64,000 nt of DNA. Source: an uncultured Chloroflexia bacterium. Lineage in GTDB: Bacteria > Chloroflexota > Limnocylindria > Limnocylindrales > CSP1-4. A program made the position numbers and the translations under genes. Location of the stretch: contig CAVYBU010000027.1 in NCBI GenBank assembly GCA_963766735.1, positions 1 to 64,000 on the forward strand, written 5' to 3'. Below the pieces are notes generated by a model. It was not told where the DNA came from and made no database searches. It saw only the letters and a list, made by a program, of their open reading frames with translations. The first letter of the stretch is position 1. Every line of letters begins with the position of its first letter. Shown piece after piece: positions 51,093 through 60,169 of this stretch.

Positions 51093-52382
51093 GTGACCCT
51101 TCGTTTCCGCGCCTGGCTCTACCGCTGGGGCCCGATCCTGCCGCTCCTCATCGCCGAGGCCACCATCTGGCTCGGCTTCGGGGCGCTCCTGCCGATCCTC
51201 CCGATCTATTTCGTCGAGCACGGCGTGGATCTGCCGACCCTGGGGGTCGTGGTCGCGGCGTGGCCGGCGGCCCGGCTGATCGGCGAGCCGGTCTTCGGGT
51301 GGGTCGCCGACCGTTCCTCGCGCAAGATGATGATGGTCGTGGGGCTGTTGCTGACGGCCGGGGTCGCCGTCATGCCGCTGTTCATCGTCGGGCCTCTGGC
51401 GTTCATCGTCCTGCGAGGGCTCGCGGGACTGTTCGCCTCGATCTACGATCCGGCCGCCCGTGGGTACCTCGTGCAGGCCAACCCCCCTGAGCGCCAGGGC
51501 GAGACATTTGGCTACTACGGGGCCGCTCAGGTCGGCGGGTTCATGATCGGTCCGGCCATCGGCGGTATCGCCGCGTCGATCGCGGGCGACCCCACGGTCG
51601 TCTTCTGGGTGGCGGGTGTCACGGCCCTCATCTCGGCCATGCTGGTTGCAGCGCGGGTCCGCGACCTCCCGAACTCGCCGCGCGTGCATGCGACGGCCCC
51701 CTCTTCCGCGTCCGAGCACGCGCCGGTCGTCGCCGATGGTCCGTCCGGCGGCCGGCTCCTCAACCGCCTCCTGGTCGCCGCGATCGTGTTCAACGTCGGC
51801 AGCTTCTTCGCCAGCGGCAGCTACGAGGTGGTCTGGAGCCTGTACCTCACCAGCCTCGGGGCCAGCCTTGACGTGATCGGGCTGACGTTTGCCACCTTCT
51901 CCCTGCCGGTCCTGCTGCTGTCCCCGTTCGCCGGCCGCTTCATCGACCAGAAGGGCGGGTTCGTCGCGCTCGTCGTCGGGATGGCCGGGATCGCCGTCTG
52001 CGGGGTGCTCTACCCGGCCATCCCGGAGATCTGGTTCGTGGCAGTCCTTGGTGTGGCCGAGGGCGTCGCGTTCGCGCTCGCCTCGCCGGCGCTGTACATG
52101 CTGGTGGCCCGGGCCTCCCCGCCCGGCCGCAGCTCAACCGCCCAGGGCCTGTTCGGGGCGGCGGGGACCCTCGGCATGGTCGTGGCCTCGCTGGCGGCCG
52201 GCCTCCTCGCGGCGGAGGACCTGCGCTACCCGTACTACGCGGCCGGCATCGGCACGGGTGTGGCGCTGCTGCTGGGCCTCGCAGTCGGCCGCCGGCGGCT
52301 GTGGGAGGCGATGCAGCCCAGCCACCTGGCCCCGATGCCGGCGTCGACGGCCGCCCCGTCGCTCGAGGAGGTCCCGGGTTGA
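51093..52382 (+). CDS. MFS transporter
   Basis: About 12 TMs; GWVADRSSRK and GRFIDQKG motif A. Confidence 0.93.
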   Translation: MTLRFRAWLYRWGPILPLLIAEATIWLGFGALLPILPIYFVEHGVDLPTLGVVVAAWPAARLIGEPVFGWVADRSSRKMMMVVGLLLTAGVAVMPLFIVGPLAFIVLRGLAGLFASIYDPAARGYLVQANPPERQGETFGYYGAAQVGGFMIGPAIGGIAASIAGDPTVVFWVAGVTALISAMLVAARVRDLPNSPRVHATAPSSASEHAPVVADGPSGGRLLNRLLVAAIVFNVGSFFASGSYEVVWSLYLTSLGASLDVIGLTFATFSLPVLLLSPFAGRFIDQKGGFVALVVGMAGIAVCGVLYPAIPEIWFVAVLGVAEGVAFALASPALYMLVARASPPGRSSTAQGLFGAAGTLGMVVASLAAGLLAAEDLRYPYYAAGIGTGVALLLGLAVGRRRLWEAMQPSHLAPMPASTAAPSLEEVPG

Positions 52383-53290
52383 GCCCCACGTCCCGTCCAC
52401 GCGCCTGGATCGACGCGGTCCTGGCCGACGCGCCGCCGGCACCCACCGTGCTGGTGCTGGGCGGCTTCCTCACCTCGCCGCCCGTGTACCGGCCGTTCGT
52501 CCGGCGGCTGCTGGGGCGCGGTGTTGCCGACGTCGTGGTGGCCGGCGTCTGGACCCCGGACTGGCTGCTGGCGGCGGTTCATGGCCTGGGGCCGATCCTC
52601 ACCCGCTCCGGCCGGGCGCTGCTGGCGGCCTCGGAGCGGGCCGAGGCGGCGAGCCTGGGCGCACCCGTGCTGGTCATCGGGCACTCCGCGGGCGGGATGT
52701 CGGCGCGCCTGCTGACGTCGCCCGTCCCGTTTGCCGGGCGACGGCTCAACGCGTCGGGGCGGATCGGGGCGATCGTCACGCTCGGGACGCCGAACGTCGT
52801 GTCCGTTGGCGGTGAGATGGGCAACCGCGTGGGCGCGGAGGCCGCGGCGTTCGCCAACCGCGAGGTGCCCGGACCGTGGTTCGCACCCAGGGTGGGGTAC
52901 CTGGCCGTGGCGTCCACGGCCGTGGCCGGACGGCCGGACGGCACCCACGCCGAACGGCGTTCCTTGAGCACCTATCGGGGTCTGCTGCCGGATCCCACGG
53001 CTGGAGAGCTGGTGGGCGACGGGTTGATCCCGCTCGAGTCCGCGCTGCTGCCCGACGCCCCGGCGCTGGTCTTCGACGATGTGCGCCACGGCCAGTGGCC
53101 CGGGCGCGACTGGTACGGCTCGGACGCCCCGATGGATCGCTGGTGGCCGGTGGCCCTGGAGACATGGCGTGCGGCGCTGCGCGCACGAGCCGGGACGACG
53201 ACCGAGTCGGCGACAGGGGCTGCACCTGGGGCGGTACCCGCGGCCGCATCAGGGACGACGCCCGCGAAGGCGGCAGGTCGCACCTTTTGA
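52379..53290 (+). CDS. Alpha/beta hydrolase (lipase/esterase-like)
   Basis: IGHSAGG nucleophile elbow, IVTLGTP, GDGLIPLESA. Confidence 0.85.
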   Translation: MSPTSRPRAWIDAVLADAPPAPTVLVLGGFLTSPPVYRPFVRRLLGRGVADVVVAGVWTPDWLLAAVHGLGPILTRSGRALLAASERAEAASLGAPVLVIGHSAGGMSARLLTSPVPFAGRRLNASGRIGAIVTLGTPNVVSVGGEMGNRVGAEAAAFANREVPGPWFAPRVGYLAVASTAVAGRPDGTHAERRSLSTYRGLLPDPTAGELVGDGLIPLESALLPDAPALVFDDVRHGQWPGRDWYGSDAPMDRWWPVALETWRAALRARAGTTTESATGAAPGAVPAAASGTTPAKAAGRTF

Positions 53291-53322
53291 CGGATCGGGC
53301 GATCGGCAGTAGCGTAGGCAGT

Positions 53323-53397
53323 CGCGGGGTGGAGCAGCGGCAGCTCGTCGGGCTCATAACCCGAAGGTCGGAGGTTCGAATCCTTCCCCCGCAACCA
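53323..53397 (+). tRNA. Initiator tRNA-fMet(CAT)
   Basis: C1:A72 mismatch, TCGGG-CTCATAA-CCCGA with three G-C pairs, GGTTCGAATCC, CCA. Confidence 0.97.
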
Positions 53398-53410
53398 ACA
53401 CGCTTCTCCA

Positions 53411-53450
53411 GGAACCCCGGGACTCGACCACCCCGGGGTTCTTACTTTTC
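53411..53450 (+). terminator. Intrinsic terminator after the tRNA
   Basis: ggaaccccggg/cccggggttct stem then tacttttc. Confidence 0.75.
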
Positions 53451-53476
53451 CGGGTCCGGCGACAGAGCAACACGCT

Positions 53477-53534
53477 GAAAGACCCGCCCGAGAGGGCGGG
53501 TCTTTCGCTGTTCGGCGGGTCTTTCGCTGTTCGG
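53477..53534. terminator. Second hairpin with a tandemly duplicated 3' arm
   Basis: 13-bp stem gaaagacccgccc/gggcgggtctttc, GAGA loop; ggcgggtctttcgctgttc repeated with period 19. Confidence 0.65.
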
Positions 53535-53545
53535 GCCGAGCGGGC

Positions 53546-55012
53546 TCAGCCGGGTGGCGTGAACGTCGAGGCCATCGTCATGAGGCTGACGATCGCCGCG
53601 TTGGACTGGAAGACCTCGTCGCCGGGCGCGCCGATCGTCCGGAGCACGACCGTTCCCGCCGCCTGGACGTCCGCCAGGCAGGCGTAGCTCGCACTCCCGG
53701 CCGGGACGCTGGCTGCGTCAACCACGGCGATCGCGCTGACGCACGTCACCGGGGTGCCGCGGACGTCGACCTCGTACTGCGCGGACACGTTCCAGGTGGC
53801 CGGGTCCGTGGCGGCCGTGATCGCGTCCTGGTAGGACGCGTTCGCCAGGTCGGCCTGCACCGCGGCCTGGACCGCAGAGCCGTCCGGCGGGATGACGATG
53901 GGGTCAGGATCGAAGTACCGGCACGCGAGCTCCGGAGGATCCGTCACGGTTTCCCACTCACCCGAGTAGACGATCGTGGCGACGGCCGGAGCGCCGGGGG
54001 GCACGAGGGTGCACGAGGCGGTCGGTGGGACCTCGATGGGCGGGGCCCCGGATGGGGCAACGGACGGAGGAGCGGTCGGCGGCGGAGTGGGCTTGGGCGT
54101 CGGCTTCGGCGTCGGCTCCGGTGTCGCCGTCGGTGCCTCGGTTGGCTCCGGAGTCGGCGTGGCCGCCGGCGTGGCGCTCGCGCTCGGCTTCGGGCTCGCG
54201 GATGCGTCGGGTTCGACGTCAGGCGTGGGCCTGACCAGGGCCACGCGGAGCCCGCCCGACCGGTCCGTGAGGTTGAGGGTCGATCCGCGCGATTCGATGA
54301 ACGCCACCCCCTGGAGCGCCTTGAGGAAGGCCGTCTCCTGGTCCATGACCGCCGTGTCGCAGGCAAGGCTCGTGGTGGCCAGCCTGCCGACGCCGACCAC
54401 GTCGCCATTCGTCCCGTAGATCCCGCTGTACGCATTGCAGCCGGCAGAACCGCCGACGCTCACGAGCTGGAACGCGACATCGATCTGCGTGCCCTCGAGT
54501 ACCCCGACCACCGTTCCCGGGGTTGTTCCGTACGAGTCCACCCGCCACTTCCCCAGCAGGGGGTTGCGAGGCGCGGCGTTGAACACGAGCACGGTGTTCA
54601 GCCTGGCATCGAGGATAGTCAGCTGGCCACGGCGGACGCCGTAGAAGCGGCTCGAATCGAGCAGCGAGAGGTACTCCTGCTCGAAGGCCATGGCGGCCTC
54701 ATCACAGGCCATGAACGTCCCGGACAGCTGCGAGATGAGGAGGGTTCGTCCGCCGGCCCGGTACAGCCCGTTGAACTCGTTGCAGCCGGAATAGCCGCTG
54801 ACGCGGCTTGAATCGAACCTGACGTCCGCGTACTGGGTTTCCGGAAGGATCGTGAGCGACCCGTCCTGATCGTACGAATCCAGCACCCAGTGGGTGCCCT
54901 CGAGGGTGCCGCCGGTGACCTCGGCAGTGTCGCCGGTGCCCCCGCCGGCCGAGCAGGCGGTGATCAGGAATGCCAGGGCGACGAGCGCCCCGAGAGTCCG
55001 CTTCTTGGTCAT
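53546..55012 (-). CDS. META-domain lipoprotein, two domains plus PT linker and C-terminal domain
   Basis: Lipobox ITAC; SGYSGCN..TFMAC and GGSAGCN..TTSLAC. Confidence 0.88.
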   Translation of the reverse strand: MTKKRTLGALVALAFLITACSAGGGTGDTAEVTGGTLEGTHWVLDSYDQDGSLTILPETQYADVRFDSSRVSGYSGCNEFNGLYRAGGRTLLISQLSGTFMACDEAAMAFEQEYLSLLDSSRFYGVRRGQLTILDARLNTVLVFNAAPRNPLLGKWRVDSYGTTPGTVVGVLEGTQIDVAFQLVSVGGSAGCNAYSGIYGTNGDVVGVGRLATTSLACDTAVMDQETAFLKALQGVAFIESRGSTLNLTDRSGGLRVALVRPTPDVEPDASASPKPSASATPAATPTPEPTEAPTATPEPTPKPTPKPTPPPTAPPSVAPSGAPPIEVPPTASCTLVPPGAPAVATIVYSGEWETVTDPPELACRYFDPDPIVIPPDGSAVQAAVQADLANASYQDAITAATDPATWNVSAQYEVDVRGTPVTCVSAIAVVDAASVPAGSASYACLADVQAAGTVVLRTIGAPGDEVFQSNAAIVSLMTMASTFTPPG

Positions 55013-55033
55013 GACGTCAAAGGCAGTCGTGGC

Positions 55034-55300
55034 CTAGGCGGACTTCGACGCGACGTAGAGCGCGAACAGCCGCATGGCATAGCCGAACCCGGCGACGAGG
55101 AACGCGGCGAAGATCGGCGTGCCGACGGCGTAGGCCGAGATCGCAAAGGCTTCGAAGACGTTGAATGCCTCGCGCGACGCGAGGTCGACCCACCAGATCA
55201 CCCCGGCGATCACGGCGTAGATCACGAACACCCACCCGACCACGATGAAGAACGTGCCGATGGATGCCAGCCGGCGGGCGTCGTTGACGAGTTGCTCCAT
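55034..55300 (-). CDS. Small membrane protein
   Basis: GAGGGAG SD, ATG 55300, two TMs. Confidence 0.7.
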   Translation of the reverse strand: MEQLVNDARRLASIGTFFIVVGWVFVIYAVIAGVIWWVDLASREAFNVFEAFAISAYAVGTPIFAAFLVAGFGYAMRLFALYVASKSA

Positions 55301-55406
55301 GTCGTGCTCCCTCGTGGTGGGTGAGGCGGGATGCCTGAGGAGACAACGGTACCGGACCGGCGAGGTGGGCGCGACCCGGCTGCCCGTCATCTGGTGCGAC
55401 CGGAGG

Positions 55407-55934
55407 TCAGCCCTCGCGGACCTCGGCGGTGACCTTGATCTCGCCGGCCTTCTCGAGCTTGAGCGTGATCTCGACCGTGTCGCCGACCTTCAGCTCCTGG
55501 TTGAGGCCGATCAGCATGATGTGGTAGCTGCCGGGCTTGAGCTCCAGCGTGCCGCCGGCAGGGATCTCCACGCGCTCGACGGGCCGCATGCCCAGCATGC
55601 CGCCGGGGCTCATGCCCCCGGACGCCGCGGGGGAGTCCATCGGCATCGTGGACTCGGCCGGCATCGTCGACTCGGCCGGCATCTCCACGGTCTCGTGGAC
55701 CTCGGTGGACTTGGCGACCGTGCTCGACGCACCGATGAGCGCATCGGCGGCCGAGCCGGTGTTCTCGATGACCATGTAGGCGGCGCCGGCCGACGCCACC
55801 ATCGGCGAGTTGCGGACCCAGGGGTCCGTGACCTTGATCCCGCCGCCGCCGCTGTCACAGGCGGCGACCACGAGGGCGAGGGCGAGGACGGGAACGAGCC
55901 GCGCCAACGCGCGGCGGACGGAGATGCTGGCCAC
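55407..55934 (-). CDS. Copper chaperone PCu(A)C lipoprotein
   Basis: Lipobox VAAC, AAYMVIEN, EVHET..M, LKPGSYHIML. Confidence 0.93.
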   Translation of the reverse strand: MASISVRRALARLVPVLALALVVAACDSGGGGIKVTDPWVRNSPMVASAGAAYMVIENTGSAADALIGASSTVAKSTEVHETVEMPAESTMPAESTMPMDSPAASGGMSPGGMLGMRPVERVEIPAGGTLELKPGSYHIMLIGLNQELKVGDTVEITLKLEKAGEIKVTAEVREG

Positions 55935-55975
55935 GGGTTCCTCCTATGCGGTGACCGATGGGTTTGCGGCCGGGG

Positions 55976-56671
55976 TCATCTGCCGGACACCTCGCGCAGG
56001 CGATCGGCGATGAGCTCGGCGGGAGCGCCAAAGAACAGGTGGTGGCGGAGCGTGCCTTCGGCATCGACCAGGTAGGCCTCCGCCGAGTGGGCCATCGCGT
56101 AGCCGGAGGCCGAATCGGACTCGAGCTTCCGGTACGAGACCCCCCAGTCGGTGGCCGCCTCGGCGATCTCGGCTTCCGTGCCCGTCAGCCCGATGAAGCC
56201 CGCCTGGTAATAGTCCACGTACTGCTTCATGGCCGCGGCGTCGTCCCGGACCGGATCCACCGTCACGAAGACGACGGTCGCGTCCACGCCGGATGCCCTG
56301 ATCCCGGCGCGGAGCTCCGCGAGGGATGCCGGACACACGTCGGGACAGTGCGTATACCCGAAGTAGACGAACACCGGCTTGCCACGCATCGACGCCAGGT
56401 CGAACGGGCGGCCGTCCTGGTCGGTGAGGTGGAGCGCGGGCGCCGGACGGGGCGTGCCGTAGGCCGTGTCGCGGACGCCGAGGGGCGCCGGTGTGACGGC
56501 CTCGACCATGATGGGCGTTGCGGACGGCGACACGACCCCTGCTCCACACCCGCCCGCGACGACCGCGAGCAGGGCAACCGCGAGCAAGGCGATGACGCGC
56601 GGGACGGAGCATCGGAAGAGGCGCTCTCCCGGCGCCGAGGCGCAGGAGATCCTGGTTGTGGAGCGGCTCAC
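55976..56671 (-). CDS. SCO family protein
   Basis: FGYTHCPDVCP, VTVDP, YAMAHS. Confidence 0.93.
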   Translation of the reverse strand: MSRSTTRISCASAPGERLFRCSVPRVIALLAVALLAVVAGGCGAGVVSPSATPIMVEAVTPAPLGVRDTAYGTPRPAPALHLTDQDGRPFDLASMRGKPVFVYFGYTHCPDVCPASLAELRAGIRASGVDATVVFVTVDPVRDDAAAMKQYVDYYQAGFIGLTGTEAEIAEAATDWGVSYRKLESDSASGYAMAHSAEAYLVDAEGTLRHHLFFGAPAELIADRLREVSGR

Positions 56672-56720
56672 AAGAGCTCAGGGTACCGCCGGCCGCCGTC
56701 ACAGGTCGCGCGCCCGCGGG

Positions 56721-57506
56721 TCAGTCCCAGCGGAAGCGGCGGGCGGCGAGGACGGCGAACAGGACGGCCCAGCCGGTCAGGATCGCGAGCGGCTCGGTTG
56801 GGTCGCCCGTGGTGGTCCCGAACCCGATCGACAGGATCTCCGTGAGCGAGGCGGCCGGGAGGTCGGACGCGATGGACGCGACCGGGGCCGGCAGCCGGTC
56901 AAGCGGCAGCACGATCCCGCCCAGGATCAGCGACGCGAGGAAGAGCAGGTTCGCCAGCGCCAGCGTCGCCTCCGCGCGCAGCGTGCCGGCCATGAGGAGT
57001 CCGAGGCCCGCGAAGGCGATCGTCCCCAGCACCAGACCGGCGAGCACCAGCGGGACCGAGGCTCCGGCCCCCGGCGTCCAGCCCAGCAGTCCGGCGGCGA
57101 TCCCGACCAGGAGCACGAGCTGGACCAGCTCCACGATGACCACGGAGGCGGTCTTCGCAGCGACGACCACCGACGTCCCCGCCGGGCTCCCGCCCAGCCG
57201 CTTGATGACGCCGTACTGGCGCTCGAAGCCGGTCGAGATCGCGAGCGACACCATGGAGGCGGCGATGATCGCGAGCGCCACCGAGCCCGGGAGCAGGCGA
57301 TCGACCGGGCTCCCGGATGCCGTGCCGCCGCTGGTGTCGAACGAGCTGAAGACCAGGAGGACGCCGGCCGGGATCACGAACGTGATCAGGAGCCCCTCTC
57401 CCCGGCGGAGCACCAGCCGGAACTCGTACGCGGCCAGAGCCAGCGTCATCCGCAGCCAGGACGACGGCCGGGCCGGCACGCCGGCGCCGATCGGGAGCGT
57501 GCTCAT
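56721..57506 (-). CDS. ABC-2 type permease
   Basis: Six TMs; AISTGFERQYGVIKRLGGSP. Confidence 0.9.
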   Translation of the reverse strand: MSTLPIGAGVPARPSSWLRMTLALAAYEFRLVLRRGEGLLITFVIPAGVLLVFSSFDTSGGTASGSPVDRLLPGSVALAIIAASMVSLAISTGFERQYGVIKRLGGSPAGTSVVVAAKTASVVIVELVQLVLLVGIAAGLLGWTPGAGASVPLVLAGLVLGTIAFAGLGLLMAGTLRAEATLALANLLFLASLILGGIVLPLDRLPAPVASIASDLPAASLTEILSIGFGTTTGDPTEPLAILTGWAVLFAVLAARRFRWD

Positions 57507-58504
57507 GCCGCGCCCTCGGCCTCGGCGGCAACGTCCTCGCCGACAAGCTCCAGGTAGCGCTCCTCCAGGCTGGCGGATCCGAGGCGCAGCTCCGTGATGA
57601 GGAGCCCGTGCTCCGCGCACCATGCGGCGAGAGCCGCCACCAGGCGCGAGTCCCCGGCGTCGCGGAGCCCCTCCACCTCGTAGTGCGCGCCCGGGCCGGC
57701 CGCAACCACCCGGACGCGATCGCCCCAGGTGGCCAGTGCCGCGGCCAGCGCGCCCACATCGGCAGCGGCCAACGGAGTCGCGAGCCGGAACCGCAGCCGC
57801 GGGGCGCCCGCGCCGGTCAGCTCCGCCGGCGTCCCCAGCGCCACCAGCCGGCCGCGGTCCAGGACGGCGACGCGGTCGGCCAGCACCTCCACGTCGCCCA
57901 GCTCGTGGGTGGTCAGCAGGATCGTCGTCCCAGCGCCGCGAAGCGCGGCGATCCGCTCCCGTGTCGCCTGCTTGGCCGCGGGGTCCATGCCCGCCGTCGG
58001 TTCGTCCAGGACGAGGAGCTCCGGTCGCCCGAGCAGCGCCAGAGCAAGCCCCAGGCGCTGCTTCTCCCCACCCGACAGCCGGCGGAACCGTGTCCCGGCG
58101 GCGCGCTCGAGGTCCACCAGCTCCAGCAGGCGGTCCGGGTCCTCCGGGTTGCGGTAGAAGCGCGCGTACAGGCGCAGGGCCTCGCGAGGCGTCGTCCGCG
58201 GGTCGATGCCACCCTCCTGGAGCATGAGCCCGATGCGCGGCCGGAGCCGGGCGCCGTCCTTCGCGGGGTCCAGCCCCAGGACGCGCACGGCGCCGCTGTC
58301 CGCGTGGCGGTACCCCTCCAGGATCTCGACGGTCGTCGTCTTGCCCGCGCCGTTGGGACCCAGGAGCGCGAACAACTCGCCGCGGCGGACGTCGAAGGTC
58401 AACCCGGCCAGGATCTCGCGCGCCCCGTATCGCTTGTGGACATCACGGGCGCTGACCGCGAGCGCGGCGTCCGTATCGCCCGTATCGCCCTCATCGGCCG
58501 TCAC
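57503..58504 (-). CDS. ABC-2 type ATP-binding protein
   Basis: GPNGAGKT, LSGGEKQR, LDEPTAGMD. Confidence 0.94.
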   Translation of the reverse strand: MTADEGDTGDTDAALAVSARDVHKRYGAREILAGLTFDVRRGELFALLGPNGAGKTTTVEILEGYRHADSGAVRVLGLDPAKDGARLRPRIGLMLQEGGIDPRTTPREALRLYARFYRNPEDPDRLLELVDLERAAGTRFRRLSGGEKQRLGLALALLGRPELLVLDEPTAGMDPAAKQATRERIAALRGAGTTILLTTHELGDVEVLADRVAVLDRGRLVALGTPAELTGAGAPRLRFRLATPLAAADVGALAAALATWGDRVRVVAAGPGAHYEVEGLRDAGDSRLVAALAAWCAEHGLLITELRLGSASLEERYLELVGEDVAAEAEGAA

Positions 58505-59016
58505 GGCTTGATCCTGGCGTACTGGGTGTCGAAGTCCTCGGGGCGGACCTCGCCGATCTGGATCCCGCGGAGGATGCCGTCCTTGTCGATGAAGTAGGTC
58601 TGGGGAGGCGCCACCACGCGATAGGCCGCCGCGAGCGCCCCGTCGTCGTCGGTGACGGTGGGCCACGTGGCCCCGACGTCACCGACGAACTGCTGGGCCA
58701 GCGCGGCCTCGTCCTTGTACAGGACACCCAGCATGACGAGGCCGTCCGAGGGACCCAGCTCGTCGAGCCGCTGCTGGAACAGCGGGAACTCGTCGCGGCA
58801 GGGCGTGCACCACGACGCCCAGAAGTTGACGATGACGGGATGGCCCCGGTACGCGGCGAGGTCAATCGAGCTGCCGTCCAGCGCCGTGCCCGTGATGGTG
58901 GGGACCGGCTCACCGGTACGTGCCTCCGAGGCCGTGCCGCTCGGGCCGCAGGCGGCGACGAGCAGGAGCAGGGACAGGCTGAGGGGCAGAAGGGGGATGC
59001 GAAACGCGCGGGGTAT
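58501..59016 (-). CDS. TlpA/ResA-like thiol-disulfide oxidoreductase lipoprotein (apparent ATA start)
   Basis: Hand translation: (I/M)PRAFRIPLLPLSLSLLLLVAAC..VNFWASWCTPCRDEFP..PQTYFID; no ATG/GTG/TTG upstream of CxxC. Confidence 0.85.
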   Translation of the reverse strand: MPRAFRIPLLPLSLSLLLLVAACGPSGTASEARTGEPVPTITGTALDGSSIDLAAYRGHPVIVNFWASWCTPCRDEFPLFQQRLDELGPSDGLVMLGVLYKDEAALAQQFVGDVGATWPTVTDDDGALAAAYRVVAPPQTYFIDKDGILRGIQIGEVRPEDFDTQYARIKP

Positions 59017-59025
59017 CGGACGGCC

Positions 59026-60159
59026 TTACTGGGCTGTGACGGTCCCCGTCATGTTCGGGTGCACCGTGCAGACGAACGTGTACTGGCCGGCGGCCAGGGC
59101 GGGCACATCATAGACCTTGACGGCCGGGCCGCTGAAGATCTCGCCCATGAACAGCGACGCGCCGCCTCCGTCCTTGATCTCCACGTTGTGCGGCACCGGG
59201 TCCAGGTTGTCCAGGGCGAGCGTGAACGGCGCCCCGGCCGGGACGGTGATCGACGTCTCGAGGTACGCCACGTTCTCCGCGGTGAGGACCGCGTCCGCCG
59301 CAGGCAGGCTCGGTCCGGGCGTTGCCCCGCCACCCGCGCCACCACCGGCGCCACCGCTCGCGACCGGACCGCCGCTGGGGGCCGCGGTGCCGTCGCCCGA
59401 ACCGGTGAGTACGCCGGACGTGAGGATGATTCCTGCCGCCAGGAGCACGCCCAGAGCCGCGAAGGTCGCCTTGGGCCAGGAGGGTGCCTCGCCGGGGTCC
59501 AGGTGACCGGTCCGGTCCGCCTCCGCGACGGCGATGTACTCCTTGCGCGAGTCCCGCAGCCAGCCCAGGAGCACGACGCCCATCGCGATGCTGCCGAACA
59601 GCAGGGCCCAGCCGCCGACGATCATGCCGCCCACGAGCATGGTGAACCCGATGGAGACCAGCAGCGGTCGGAACGAGGGGGGCGGGACGTGGACGCCGGG
59701 CGGCGGCGTGCCGTCCGTGGGCACCGGCAGCGCGCCGGGTTGAACCTCGCCGGACTGCAGCTCACCCGCCGCGGTGGCCGCGGGATGAACGGCGTGGTCG
59801 TAGTCGCGGATCGCCTCACGCCCCCAGTAGAGGAGCGTGATCACCAGGACCACGACGCCGATCCACAGCCAGATCCCGCCGCTGAACAGCCCGAACAGCA
59901 GCATGAACGCGCCGAACGCTGCCAGCACCGGGGCGAACGACGGGCCGGGCATGTGGATGCCCTCCGGCGTGGCCGGCGGCTGGCGCCGGATGCCGCGGCT
60001 CGTCGGCCCGGCCGTGGCAAACCGGTAGACGGTCCAGGTCAGGTACAGGAAGACCAGCCCCGCCAGGGCGATGGGGATCAGCGCCACGAGGGCGCCCCAG
60101 TCCGGGACGATGAACTGTCCCGAGAGCTCGAGCAGCCCGGTCCAGAGTTCCTCGATCAT
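59026..60159 (-). CDS. Membrane protein with two oxidase subunit IV-like repeats and a C-terminal cupredoxin
   Basis: IHMPGPSFAP and VHVPPPSFRP each followed by a TM hairpin; PHN..CTVHPNM type-1 copper site. Confidence 0.85.
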   Translation of the reverse strand: MIEELWTGLLELSGQFIVPDWGALVALIPIALAGLVFLYLTWTVYRFATAGPTSRGIRRQPPATPEGIHMPGPSFAPVLAAFGAFMLLFGLFSGGIWLWIGVVVLVITLLYWGREAIRDYDHAVHPAATAAGELQSGEVQPGALPVPTDGTPPPGVHVPPPSFRPLLVSIGFTMLVGGMIVGGWALLFGSIAMGVVLLGWLRDSRKEYIAVAEADRTGHLDPGEAPSWPKATFAALGVLLAAGIILTSGVLTGSGDGTAAPSGGPVASGGAGGGAGGGATPGPSLPAADAVLTAENVAYLETSITVPAGAPFTLALDNLDPVPHNVEIKDGGGASLFMGEIFSGPAVKVYDVPALAAGQYTFVCTVHPNMTGTVTAQ

Positions 60160-60169
60160 CGGTGAGGGT

